A DNA stretch of 52,588 bases from Octopus bimaculoides (taxonomy: Eukaryota), in the NCBI RefSeq assembly GCF_001194135.2, contig NC_068983.1:142348419-142401006 (forward strand), in the 5' to 3' direction. The notes under the pieces were generated by a model. It was not told where the DNA came from, made no database searches, and saw only the letters and a list, made by a program, of their open reading frames with translations. Both the position numbers and the translations under genes were made by a program. This document shows positions 1-14,000 of this stretch, in pieces (the stretch's first letter is position 1; each line of letters opens with the position of its first letter).

Positions 1-215
1 GTGTGTGTGTGTGTGTGTGTGTGTGTGTGCATACTTATATAAAATTTGCGTGTGTACCCACAATATCTTACAGTGCTTCTGGACTGGTTGGAAGGAAGAA
101 TATATGTAGTCAAACCGAAGTCCTGGCTTGAAATCCTTAGAGTGAACTCTGCGAAAGACACCCAAGAAGCCTGCCAGGTGGTGACGTTAAGCTGACCATA
201 TCAAATTGATGTATA

Positions 216-506
216 TAGGAGTGGTTGTGGTAAGTAGCTTGCTTACCAACCACATGGTCCCGGGTTCAGTCCCACTGCGTGGTATCTTGGGCAAGTGTCT
301 TCTACTATAGCCTCGGGCCAACCAAAGCCTTGTGAGTGGATTTGGTAGACGGAAACTGAAAGAAGCCTGTCGTATATATGTATATATATATATATATGTA
401 TGTGTGTATGTGGTTGTATGACTGTGTTTGTCCCCCCCCCAACACCGCTTGACAACCGATGCTGGTGTGTTTACGTCCCCGTAACTTAGCGGTTCGGCAA
501 AAGAGA
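216..506 (+). mobile_element. tRNA-derived SINE, family A (3' end lost in gap)
   Basis: A-box-like GTGGTTGTGGTAAG, B box GGTTCAGTCCC, CORE-like CTTGGGCAAGTGTCTT, internal (TA)n/(TG)n. Colinear with copies at 25123, 42434 and 44377. Confidence 0.85.
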
Positions 507-922
507 NNNNNNNNNNNNNNNNNNNNNNNNNNNNNNNNNNNNNNNNNNNNNNNNNNNNNNNNNNNNNNNNNNNNNNNNNNNNNNNNNNNNNNNNNNNNNN
601 NNNNNNNNNNNNNNNNNNNNNNNNNNNNNNNNNNNNNNNNNNNNNNNNNNNNNNNNNNNNNNNNNNNNNNNNNNNNNNNNNNNNNNNNNNNNNNNNNNNN
701 NNNNNNNNNNNNNNNNNNNNNNNNNNNNNNNNNNNNNNNNNNNNNNNNNNNNNNNNNNNNNNNNNNNNNNNNNNNNNNNNNNNNNNNNNNNNNNNNNNNN
801 NNNNNNNNNNNNNNNNNNNNNNNNNNNNNNNNNNNNNNNNNNNNNNNNNNNNNNNNNNNNNNNNNNNNNNNNNNNNNNNNNNNNNNNNNNNNNNNNNNNN
901 NNNNNNNNNNNNNNNNNNNNNN
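507..922. other. Assembly gap; others at 11079-11256, 15277-15683, 22813-23263, 25575-25990, 29591-29758, 43802-43867, 45457-46197, 48727-48844
   Basis: Runs of N. Confidence 1.
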
Positions 923-1019
923 AAACGTGGAAGCCTAGTAATATAAGGGAGAAGAACAGGAAGGGGAGAATTAGCGAGAAAGTGAGAGAGTGACAAACAG
1001 ACAAGCAAACAGGCAGCGC

Positions 1020-1062
<43 letters not shown>

Positions 1063-1757
1063 GAGAAAGGCAAAGGTGAATAAGAGAGAGGATGGGTTGA
1101 GATGTGCTGAAGAATAATGGCTTTATACAAGGAGTCACTGTGTGTGTTGTAAAAAGTGAATTGGGAAGATTGAAAGGGGAGTGAAAGTAAGAGGCAGAAA
1201 GAGATGACAGAGAAACAGGAAGAAAGAAACAGAGAGGAGATAGATGAAATGTTGAGATTAATAATTGCTATAAAGAAGCTTTCCCTCTAAATAGAGAGAT
1301 TAAAGCGAGAGCCCGAGAAAGAACGACAGAGAGAAACATAGAGAGAGAGGGGTAGAGAGGGAAGGTGAGAGGTAGGCAGGCGAACAGGCTGTGAGAGGGA
1401 AAGAAGAAATGCGACGTTCAATGTCTGCTTGTGAGGAAAGATGACAAGATGTGTGTGTGTATGTGTGTGCGTGAAAATAGCGTAAGTAAAGTCGAGAAAA
1501 AGGTAGAGAGAGACGGAAGCAAAAGTAACAGAGAGAGGAAGAGGGAGAGGGAAAAGAAGGTGTGCTGCAGAGGAAGTAGGAGGTGAAGGTTTCTCATGCT
1601 GTTTATATTATATTATGAGACTGCGTCTCGTTGAATAATCGTAAAAGTGAGAGATCCACTTGAGTTTTTCTTTCTCTTCGTAACGTTTGTATGCTGTGTA
1701 TATATATCTGTGAATGTGTGTGTATGTGTGTGTATGTGTGTATGTGTGTGTGTATGT

Positions 1758-1793
<36 letters not shown>

Positions 1794-2399
1794 AAATTGG
1801 TGCATGTACATGCATGGTAGTTGCGTGTATGTATCTGATTATGAGAGTTACAAAGGAGTAAATGTATGTATGTGTGTATGTATGTATAGATAGGTAGATA
1901 GATGGGGTGAGAGAGAAACTGGTGTAGAGTGGAAGAGAGGAATAGAGTGAGCAAAAAGTGAGAGATATAGAAGTAGAGAGAGAGGGAGGAGGTTTCCATG
2001 TGCGCGAAAAGTTTGAGTTAGTGAAAGAAAGACGCTATTAATGAATAAAGTATGTGTGTGTGCCTGTGTGTGTAAGTGTGCTTGTGTGTGTGTGTGTTTG
2101 TGTCTGTGTGCGCGCGCCTTAGACTACTTTGTGTGTCCGTGTGTGCGATCTTTCCTGCATGTATCTATAATTATATGAGTAAGAATTTTTGGGTCAGAGA
2201 ATGAATGGGAGTGAGGAAGGCTGAAAATAAAGCTAAGGAGGAGGTTGGGCTAAAACTGACACTTGCATACACACACACACACACGTACACACGTACACAC
2301 ACATGTGAAATAGGAAGGATATTTAGAGCGAAACCCAGAGTGAGGGTGATGTGAAAGAGAGGAGCGGGAGTGTTAATGTCGTGAGAATAGTTTGACTTT

Positions 2400-2480
2400 G
2401 CCCATATAAGTTATACGTTTCATGTAAGCTGAGAGGGCGGAGCTCTCACAACTATAAGTAACTACTTCAACCATTGGCTG
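2400..2480 (+). promoter_or_regulatory. Candidate core promoter of the phosphatase gene
   Basis: GC box GGGCGGAG 2435-2442, TATA-like TATAAG 2453-2458, reverse CCAAT (ATTGG) near 2474, imperfect CArG CCATATAAGT 2402-2411. The cluster lies where upstream microsatellites give way to about 800 bp of repeat-free sequence. Motif-only evidence. Confidence 0.3.
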
Positions 2481-3242
2481 TATTTATTTACTTTCGTTGT
2501 AGTATTCCATTTTAAAACGCTAGTGAGGAGAGATCGAGTGAATAAACCTCAGAAACAAGGCTACTTTATTAGAGAGAAGTAGCTTGATTTCTCACTAGCA
2601 GTTGCGATACATGATTTTTTTTTTTAATACTTTGTACAGTAAAGATGTCAAAGTTGATCTAACGAATTCGAGAAAGAAACGAAACGACAAAACACATAAT
2701 TTGCAAAGAAAATTAAGATTCTCATTTGAGTTGAAAATATTGTTGGAAGAAATAACAAGCCAAAAAATAAAGAAAACTTTCAAAACAAATAAACGGAACG
2801 AGTACATGAGTTAAAAACACGAACTCGGCACATTTCAGAAAACTCCAGCGAAATGACATAACGAAAGAGAAGATAGAAAAGGATTTTGAAGAAATTAAAT
2901 CCTTTAAAATGGAAATTAAAATGTCACGTAATAATTTGAGTGAAAATTTTTCAAGGAATACGACAAACAACAACAATAACTGCATTTGAAGGAAGCAAAC
3001 GACGAAGATTGTTGTTTCTAATTAAGAATAACTAATTTTGATAATGGAATATTACCTACACTGACTTTTCTTCGAAAATATATATGTATACATATATCTG
3101 TGTATATATATTTCACAAAAGGGAAGCTTTGGAACTACAAGGAATTACTACTAAAAAAAACAAAAAGAAAACTTATTTATTTATAAGAATCAAAGAAGCA
3201 ACGGAATTAAACGGAGTTGAACGAGCGTGTGTATGACAGTGT

Positions 3243-3455
3243 GTAAGAGTGAGTGAACACGAGAAAACTAATTGTGAACGAGTTTGTTTATTTTTATTTA
3301 AGTTTGTTTGTTTGGTTTGTTTGTTATTTACGAGTGATTTCAACTATCCGTTTTCTTCGCTTCACCTTTGGAGAAAATATTTTCTAGGGATTTCTTATTT
3401 TCCCTTACCTTCATCCGTTTCACATTTTGCTTCAAACCACCACGACACTTTTCAG
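3243..3455 (+). other. Probable 5'-UTR intron ending immediately before the start codon
   Basis: Donor-like GTAAGA (3243) and GTGAGT (3249). Composition shifts from A-rich to T-rich, with a pyrimidine tract ending CTTTTCAG| directly before ATG 3456. Confidence 0.45.
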
Positions 3456-3837
3456 ATGCCTTGTCTAGAGAGTGCTCACATTACAATGGATGATTATTTC
3501 ACTCCAGAATGCTTGAGAGCTCAACTAAGAGCTGGGCACGAACTGCCATTACTCGATTGTCGAAGCCAATGCGAGTTCGCACGCCGGCATATTATCGGAG
3601 CTATTAACATCACCATGCCAGCATTACTTCAGAAACGATTGAAAACGGGAAATCTTAACATCCTTGGTATTATACATAACAATGATGCTAACCACAGATT
3701 TAAACGACATTGGAAAACACACAAAATTGTACTTTATGATGACTGTTCCACAGATTTAAACGCAAATCCATCCAGTTTTTTGAATTTATTATTAGAAAAA
3801 TTGCGCCAAGAAGGGTGTTCAGCTTGCTACTTGCTTG
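3456..3837 (+). CDS. DUSP6/7 (MKP3): MKP3-class dual-specificity phosphatase, coding exon 1 (rhodanese/CDC25-homology domain with kinase-interaction motif)
   Basis: ATG at 3456 opens MPCLESAH...LLDCRSQCEFARRHIIGAINITMPALLQKRLKTGNL...IVLYDD...CYLLG, matching the DCR / HI..AIN / (R/K)RL..G / VLYD motifs of MKP rhodanese domains. Ends at phase-1 donor G|GTACGT (intron starts 3838). Confidence 0.93.
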
Positions 3838-4603
3838 GTACGTTCATGTTTTTAATGTTTACTTTACTATGACTACTGTTCATTGTTGCTAAATTGTTTC
3901 TATTTTTACACTACTACTTTCTTCTTGTATATCTATTTAGAAAGACATTGTTTTATTGTTGTTTTGTTATAATTTGCGGGGGGTACACATCACATATTTA
4001 ACCTCATATCTTCCTTACCGTCTATCACTATGTTGATTTATGTGTCACTATTAATCTATTTTTAAAATACATATTACTTTGAGTAGTTTAACAATTTCTC
4101 TCCCTCTCGTTTGTCATTCTCATGTTATATATATATATATATATATAATATTATATAGTCCTGAAATTTCTCATACCGTACATACTCAAAGAATCACACG
4201 GTACACATTCCATACACATCCCAAATGATGAGGAAATCGTCTTCTTCTCCAATGAGAATAACGACAAATTCTATAGTTTTTTTTCTATTCGGTTTACGAG
4301 CTTAATGGATCATTCATGAAAAGTATATTTCACAAATATTTGGATCTGTGCCATACTTATCTCCCTGGATTAAAAGCAACTTAAGGGACTAGCATCGCTT
4401 CATATTTTCATTTTAATATTTCCATAACAAGCATTACAAGCAATTTTCAATTCTCTGATATTCAATTGATGTTACACAGTTTATATATATTTAGCTAGTT
4501 AAGGCTCGATTGCTTTCCGAACTCTAGATACTTATAATACTTCATTATTAACCCTTCTAATTTCTGCCAGTTGGCAGTGGCCTTACTTATAATCATCATC
4601 ATC

Positions 4604-4650
<47 letters not shown>

Positions 4651-5843
4651 TAGTAGTAGTTGTTATTGTTGTTGTAGTAGTAGTCGTCTGGTGGTGGTGT
4701 TGTCTTACAAATTCCAAACTAATTTTGATTGTCTTCTACCGGTTTTGAACAAATCAATACGAAACTTCGATATGTATTCTATCTCTTTTTTTTTTAATGA
4801 GTTGAACAGATTAAAAGGTTTCTAACTCTATTTATTCTCAATATTCTAATGCCACGGGAGAGAAAAGTAAGTCAACTGAATATACTCCAAATAATACCTT
4901 TCTTACACATGAAGGATTTGTCAAATGTTGACATAGTTTGAAACTAAGTTGTAAGGTTTCAAACGGGAACTCTACCATTTTGATAAATACAATGAATAAA
5001 GGATTGCATAGATGACCAAGATGAAAATGTATTCAACCATGGATCACTTGGATCAAGATTAACTTCTCGCTAAGTAACATCTAGTTGCCATTTAATGTAA
5101 ATAATATGTATTCTTTTATCGAGTAGAAAAGGGATTATCAAGGTGAGGGGGTTTCTAATTATCATAATCATCCTTGATATATTTTTTACCAGTATTTATC
5201 TCATCGAAACCAGAAGAATGAATTCGTCGTATATTGGACTTGAAACCCTACTCACTGTTTTCGCTTCTTCGAGGACGTTTCTAATATACAGTAGTATTGC
5301 AAATCAAGCAATATTTGGTCTGAAATCAAACTGAATGATAATCTTTTTTTCGAAAATATTGATGATACTAAGAAAGTCGTTATGGCTTGGAATGAAAGTC
5401 GGCTCATCTGATGAAAATACTGAGCCATAGTTAAATTATTTTTGTTGATGGGCTCCCGATGACAACTTCCTCAAGGAAGGGGCAGGGGCAATACGACAGA
5501 ATGCGTTTCTGCATATATCGCTGGTATTTCTTATTTTATTCATTCCATTTGAATAAGTTACCGAGTAAGCTAATGAGGAACATCATACTGTGGTGCTCTC
5601 AACCCTAGAAGTTATATTTATTCTGAATGTTTGTGTTTTTGTGTGTATATACATTAAGGACGTTTCTTTGTGTGTATGTACACATGTATTTACATGTGTA
5701 CATAAGCAGTATAGACGCGAGAGAGAGGATATGCATACAGTTTGTTTCTTGACTGGCTAGCTAGACTGATTTTTAAGTATAGAAATTTGCTTGAGCTCGT
5801 CGTGTGTAGGCTCAAGAAAAATAGTTTGACATTTGAAATTAGA

Positions 5844-5899
<56 letters not shown>

Positions 5900-7854
5900 C
5901 AAAATGCACGTACATTGATATTGTACTTTACAGTACAAGCATATACATTGTACTCGTGTGTGTGTGTGTGTGTGCGCGCGCGTTTGCATTACATTGTAAT
6001 GTGCTTGAAAGTACGTATGTATATAAGTAATTAAAAAGAATTGCTGATTCTATTTAATTATTTGGTCAAGAACATCAACATATCTTCCTAGATCAAAATA
6101 TCTAGGAAGGAGTTAAGATTTTGTCTGTAGAGAGAAAGAATGTATAGTCTTTCCGTGGAAAATGGATGTTCCTCTGCTCAAAAATTAGATTACTTCTACT
6201 AAATGAACAAACTTCACTTCACGCATGAATATTGTTTCAGTAGTTTGAAACAGTCGATAAGCTTTCATTTACAATATTCACCCTTCAACCATAAAAGAGA
6301 AAAAAATACTTATTTTTGCTCATGAGGTCTCAAAGCACAGTTAAATGATATATCCTCTATAAAAATTACTGGATATCAATAAAGAACACGCATACCTACA
6401 AATTCAACCATACGGCTTGAAATGGAGCAACGCATCTAACGAAACAGTCTTCGATGGGGCAACAGTCATTAATAAGTACACTAAGTCAACTGTTCTCAAT
6501 CTGACAAGCAACAAACAGCCCACCTCAACCATCTGCTCCAAAACATGGTGCTGATGAAACCTTTACTTTTCCACCTCTACTTTTAGTTAATGAGAGCATC
6601 AAATAGAATTAACACCGATATAATTCTTCGGCAGAGTGTTGTAGTAGCTGCCCCTTGGAGAGGAAAATAGTGGTGTTTTTCCCCTTCATATATTTTTTTT
6701 ATTATTCCTGAGTTTCATACGACAAAAATTAAGATTCTGAAAAGAAAAAAAAATCTCAAAATTTTAATTTTTGACATTTTACTCCCACCTTCATTTCTGT
6801 CCTTTTTCAGTCCCAAGGGACAGTTATTCCAAAGTCTCACCGTTTCCTCTTTATTCATTATGATGTTGTTTCAAATCTTAGTGTCATTATACACATGGCA
6901 TTTTGTCTACACAATTTTCGATCCTCAGTGAACCTTTTTAGTGAGGGCTAACAACCAACCAACCAACCCTTTCAAAAATACTGCACTAGATGTTATCAGA
7001 AATGCCCGGAGCCCTTAGATTAGAGTGAAAATGGGGGAGGTCAAAACACTATTGCTTTTCCAAAGTCATTATTAATAACTTAGGTCCAGTGAAGTGAAAT
7101 AGTAGCATCCAGGATTCGAAACTGAGTTACTGTATTTGGTTTCGTGTAATTAAGAGAGAAATGTGGAGATAATTAAATTAGAGCTACTTTATATCATTAT
7201 GTGTTATATACTTTCCTCATTGCTATTGCTATCGTTGATCTATCTTGTAATTAGATCCAATACACCAGATACATAAGGAAGCAGAGTAAGGGAAAGTTAT
7301 GACCTATATTCCTTTCCCGGTGACATTTAGCAATGTGGTATGTAATTGCTGCCAACGTTAGGCAAAATTGGCTTTCGACTCGCGACAGTTTAATTTTTTT
7401 TTTTTTCTATATATATAACACATTCGCCTCTATGCTGATCATTGCATAAAGTGAACAGATTTAATTTCTATTTATATAAAGATATAATTCTACAAGCCAC
7501 ATCTTGTAAAATATCTTAGTGAGACAAATTATATGTTGTTGTGTATGTTTGCTGTTTGTGAATATTTTTATTCATTTCTGATTGTCTTTGGGGGAAGTAT
7601 GTACGTACGTATGTATGTATGCATGCATGTATACATGTTTGTATGAGCTAGCTGCACATGTTCACTGCATCAGAGGTACTTCATATGCAACTATTTCTTT
7701 TATGTCGGATTTTTGCTTATTTTTGGTCATTGTGTATCACAGTCCTTTTCTTTTCTTTATATGTTATTGTTTATATTATTAGTCAACATAGCAATTGAAA
7801 AGTAGGACAGTAGATAAACATATACTTGTACTGCATACATACATACACACACAT

Positions 7855-7914
<60 letters not shown>

Positions 7915-8698
7915 TTGTTATTGACAGTAACTTGGAAGTTTCAACCAGCTAAGTCATCGTCGGATTGTAACCCAGTAGATTTTTTATTATAACTGAACAT
8001 AAGAACAAACATATCTTACAAAAAACGGGAGGAAGAGACAGATATATATAATTGACCTTGTTTTTGTTTATCCCTGTGAAATTCTGATCCAGCAGAGAAC
8101 CACAATCAAAGTCTACTTTTTTTTTTTTTATAAAAAAAATTTCATGCATTACATATCTCAGAATGTGTGCTTTCTTTTTTAAGATTACAGAGTATAGTTT
8201 TTGAATTGTTTGTATTGTTGATAGTGTTGTATGAAGAAGACTGTTATAGTTGGGTGAAAAGCTCCAAATATGTAATATAGAAATAACGCCGAGGCTCTCC
8301 TACCTTTCCAAAGATCAATTATTGCTTCGGAAAAGAGAGACACTCTTTACAGGAATCAAAGACGGATCATAGAGATGTTACTTTTTCCTCCACTGATCTC
8401 GTACGAGCATTAAACTAGGATGTTTTTAAAAAGTACTTAATCTCAGATAACATTGTGAATGAATTTTTTAAGCAAACTTCCTACCCTACTAACTGTTTGT
8501 CTAAAGTAATGTGTCAAATTGTTTATTTTATCTTCCTCCATTCTCTCAATCCGTCTCTCTCTACCCCACCCCCTCTGCCGCACTTTTTTCTATATTAATG
8601 TTGCGGTATTTTCGTTTTTATACCATTTTATATCAATAACTAGCCTTTCTGTCTTTACATGTAACATTATGAGTACGGGGGAAAGAGAGAGAAAGAGA

Positions 8699-8749
<51 letters not shown>

Positions 8750-11034
8750 GCGGAAACTTCAATCATTGACCCTCCAAAGAGACTAGGCATACTGGAGCCT
8801 GAAGCAGTAAGTTGAGATAGCTAGAAAATTAGGACAGTCGTTCATTTACTGCTAAACAATGTTTCACGAGCCACGCTTGTAGGCGAGTGTTGAAATTTCA
8901 GGAAATACGTCAAAAGTTGTGGACGCTAACGTTAAAATTAAAATGTCGCAGTTTAACTTGGGGTTGCTCACAAATCGTTTATTTAGATCGTACTTCTTAC
9001 TCAGTACTCAGAAAAAAGGAAAAAAACAACTGAATTCTGAGGTGCTAGTTTTACGTGTCACATACTCAAATCGGCAAGCGCTTTGTTATAGTTGCATATT
9101 TCATATTACATTACTTTCACTCACTTCAATACGAGACACCAGCCTTTTGTGCAGAGGTTGTGTGCGCTCAACTAAAAAGAGAAATTGGAAGGGACTCGTC
9201 TTTGCTATGTTCAATGCAATTGTGAACCGGTGTTTTAAATTTTTGTTCAGCAGATCAATGAAACTCGAGAACGCATTAACTTTTTCGTTACCACAGTTTA
9301 AGCCTTTTAATCTCGACTATCAATGGATCAAATTCCCGCTTTATCAACGATATTTTTAATGTCACCTTTGACACTTGGATAAAGTTCTAAAATATACTAC
9401 TACTACTGCTGATGATGATGATGATGATAATCATCATCATCATCATCATCATCATCAACAACATCAACAGAATACCTAGGAGTCATAAAGATTTATACAA
9501 GAAATTGTATAACATTAATACTTCTTGAGAGCGAGACTGCTATTAAAAAGGAGAAGTGAGCTGGATTCAAGAAAAGCGGCTTACTGATATGTACATCGTT
9601 TTATATAATATAAATCAAATTGATTTGATTGTGATAGAAGTGTAATGTAGAAGGACTGTACATTTTCAAACTTAAGTTTTAATTCTGAAAAGGAAGCATA
9701 AAAGATAAGCATGTATTTACACACATTTCTCGCCCTCTTTCCTTTCTTAAAAACCTCTCAATGTTTATCCAGATTTCATTCATAGATTCCAAATTAAAAT
9801 CGTGTCGAGTTCTAGAATAATCGTTCAAAAACCTAATTGGAGAAATTTGAACTTGATAGTCGAAAATAGTGAAAGTCTTGTTAATTAAGCAGTATTTATT
9901 ATGAACAGTTTCAGCAATGAGCTGTACTTATGATAACACAACTCGCTTTACAACAGCTAGATGCTTTTGAACGGAAGTGAGTTAAGAACCAACAACGGAA
10001 AATGACACTACATCGTCTGGTAGTCGTGGATTTAAATATTTTGTCAACTCTCCTGCTTTATGATAATTTAAAGTAGGTATGGGTAGCCTTTTCTGAGAAG
10101 CAGACCACATGAGACATGGTTTACTATCAGGCCGGCCGTGCTACTTTAAGTCTATATCAAGGTAATTTTTATGTTAGGTGTTCCATTAAGAAACTCTAGC
10201 GGGCAGCAGGTTGCTCTGTTGCTCATGATTGATTTAAAGACAGTTAATCGGTCCAGTTTTATTACTGTCCAAGCAACTAGGCTCTCAAAACAACCAATTG
10301 CAAGCAACTTGTCAGATCTGACCACTGAGATTTATTTAATGTGAAAGACATAGAAATTAAAGATAAAATGTTATAGAGAGGAGGGTGTAGGTCTGAAGAA
10401 GAAAAGGTGTGCATAACTGAAGTCGTATTAAAACCACAAGACCTGTCAGTGTCAAGTAATGATATATAATCTTCATCGTGTCATTGAGCAAGTTCTCAAT
10501 TCTCTTCTTTTGGCTTACACGTTTAATGTATGTCTTAAGTTGTTCGTGTCAGACTCACATTAATGTGTCTGTGTGTGGATATAGATGGAGAGATATATAT
10601 AAATCTCAGTGTCGGTATGTTTGTAAACATACGTATATTACATCTGTGTATGTATGCATGTGTCATGTGTGTGTGTTGTGTAAATGAGCATATTTACATG
10701 CGTGCATGCTTGTTTGTGTGTGTATGTATGCTTGTATACGTATCTGCATATATTTATGTATACTTGTACACAATCTATAAACTCGGATGTGTAAAAAGTT
10801 TTCAAAATTGACTTACTAGTGTGTTTGTTAGTGGAAAGATGAATTCTGAAGTATGCTCTGCTAGCTTCACTTCTTTATCCTGGCATTTTCACCGTTTGAC
10901 ATTTCGTTCGTCATTTTTTTTCTTTATTATTATTAAAATTTAAGGAAAAAAATTCATATCATTGATGTTAGATGCAGTTGAAGCACACCCCATATGTGTG
11001 TGTGTGTGTGTGTTTGTGTCTATCTATCTATCTA

Positions 11035-11065
<31 letters not shown>

Positions 11066-14000
11066 TAACATACATGTANNNNNNNNNNNNNNNNNNNNNN
11101 NNNNNNNNNNNNNNNNNNNNNNNNNNNNNNNNNNNNNNNNNNNNNNNNNNNNNNNNNNNNNNNNNNNNNNNNNNNNNNNNNNNNNNNNNNNNNNNNNNNN
11201 NNNNNNNNNNNNNNNNNNNNNNNNNNNNNNNNNNNNNNNNNNNNNNNNNNNNNNNNTGTGTGTGTGTGTGTTTGTGTCTATCTATCTATCTGCCTTTCCA
11301 TCTTTATGATCGTAATTACAGTGGGAATTCGACGTTTGTTGGCCAAGGCATCCCCACTGCAATGTATGGAGTCAGTATATCGCTTTCATTTTTCCTATGC
11401 AGGCACATACACTCGTGTGCGTGTGTGTGTATGTCTAATGAGTGAGACAGAAGCTGCAAGCAAATGACAGATACGATAGACTCTCTAACGACCAGCTGAA
11501 ATGCTGTTAGCTTGTATTGCGTCACTCCTATTGCACTGAGTGCCTCCCCCATCCGTCTCTTGAACTCCAATTATATAAGATCTCAGAAATATATATAAAG
11601 CAGAGAGAGTTTATCCCATTCATATGTTTATCAAGAATAATAGGTACCTAATATTTATATAAAGAGAGAGATATGTGTGTAAAAAAGAAAAATTAAAGCA
11701 CCAACAATAGATAAGAGGTACAAGTCAAGACACAAACATGAAGACCATTCTTCATTAATCAGCTGTTAAATGAAGTCCAAGGTAATTTCAGAGCAGAGTT
11801 TATATTGTTGTTTGTTTTTACTATTTTTTCCCTACGATTCACGTTTCGTTTCTACCTAGTTAGGGAAACGTTGAGAGATAAACTCTATGAATAAATTATG
11901 CGCCTGGACAACATCTACAAAATAAATACAGAAATCGCAACTGATATTTTATACTTTATATATTGTACGCATGTTTCAGTAAACCGACTGCCGTTACTAT
12001 GTCAGCCAGTTGGTCTTATTACACAATACAGTCGACCAACTTCCTCAGTATTATCAGCAAAGATACAACATAAAATTTCAAGCTCTCACATAAATCATTT
12101 AGTGTTATCTGGTTATTCTAGCAACATAGAAGGTGAAGAAAGTGAGAAGGTAAGACTGCATTAGAGGAGAATGTGACAGGGAAAAGAGAAGAGGCTATTT
12201 TGACCATGCCTATCCCAATACACATTCTAGTAGACTCACAACACTTACACACATTCGTATAGGAACACACACACACATGCATATATGTATGGCAACGAAG
12301 AAAGGAGAGAGAGGGAGAAAGAGATTCTAGACACAGTAGAATCTATTGTAAGCACAATAGTAACAAATATTAATATTTCTAGATTAATTAAATAGTAATA
12401 ACAATAACGTTTTCAGTATTCGTCTTTTGCTATACGATGCTAGGATTCTGTACTCTTGCCGATTTGGAGTTATAACTATCGTTGTGAAACCGCGTCCAGG
12501 ATAGGAGTTGGATGTAGCACACTTTTACTGTGCCCAAACCTTTTGGTAATGTGTCGCATCTTTTAAAGTTTGTGTGCATATGCATACAAGCATACATACG
12601 CACTCACATATATGTATGTATATATGTGTATATATATATACACACATATGTATGTATATATATGTATATGTATAGCTAATAATCTGTGTTGTTGTTAATG
12701 TTGATGATGATGATGATGAAAAGAAGTAAATAGAAAACACGGGTGATAAAATAAGTTGCCAAGAAGATATGACATAACTTTGATTATGAAATCAAAGGTA
12801 GGCCAAGGTAAACTTTAGATCAGATAGAACAGTTCAGATATTTTCTTTGTATGTGTAAGTCATTAAAAAAAAATAATTACTGTAAAATATTTTCAGAGCG
12901 TGAAACAATTATAAATCTGTTCAACTTAAGGTTTGAGTACAAGATGATACCTCTTCGCAAAACAGTCAATGGTCCACGCAATCTATCAAAAAATTAAGCT
13001 TCGAAGAAATAAAACGAGACCGCGAAATGTTTTCGGTTTCAGCTGAGTTCATTTCACTTGAATTGCGTTACTTGTCGGCATGTTTGTCTAAATGTCTTGG
13101 TGCCTCATTATTGAAAATATAGCATATTTGTGCTGACTCGGAAGACTCAAAAGCATGTAAGCTAACTGAAAAACAACAAACACTGACTAAAATGTTACTC
13201 TGAATCGATAAAAACCTGATATAACTTCAAATCAAAGGATATGGTCAAAATGTATTTTGGTACTTAGATATATCCCCTCAAGTTTTAAATCCAAATCTCC
13301 CAGGGCTTACTCTGCTTTTCTTTCTCTTTAGGATCAATGAAATAATACCAGTAATGCGGGAAGTTTGATTCAATGGAATATAATTCTTCTCTCCAACAAG
13401 TATAACATTATTAACACAATCCCAATCTGTGCGTGTAGGTCAAAAGATTAACTTGTGATTCTCTTGCAATGTTTGTCTTAAAACACAGGTGTAGTGCGAT
13501 GTTGCTTAAGTAAACATTCTCAGACATGGTAGTAAAATGGAATAAGAAATTTCGTGTGACCATTAAGCAACAACGCTGGGTTACAACAAAAAACCATAAG
13601 TGTGTTTTAAGAGATGACTTTATTCCAGTTGAGCTCATGAAATGTTAACAACTCTGACGGTTGAACTTCAGTGGTCTATGCCTATGTGTAATTCCCATTG
13701 GTTAGGTGGTGGGGTACATGCAAGTTGTTACTAAGTACTCACAATAAATATATCGATCTACCGATCTACCTTCTGTAGTTCATTGTCTTTAACAACGATT
13801 TATTTTGTTTTTTGTTTGTTCAACAAATAAATGATAGAGAGGCACGAATATTGGCGCGCCAGATAAAATAGATGGTAATATCTAGTAAAGTTCTAAATTC
13901 AAATGACTCCTGGGCCGGTTGGATTTATTCTACATATTCTCTTATATCTCGATATAAATGTAAATAATTATCATTGTTGTAACTAAAAATTATAAGCATT

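Noticed and set aside
3249-3455. 69-codon hydrophobic N-terminal extension in the ORF track
   Set aside because: Starts at GTG, is T-rich low-complexity sequence with no MKP similarity, and has the features of an intron ending at 3455.
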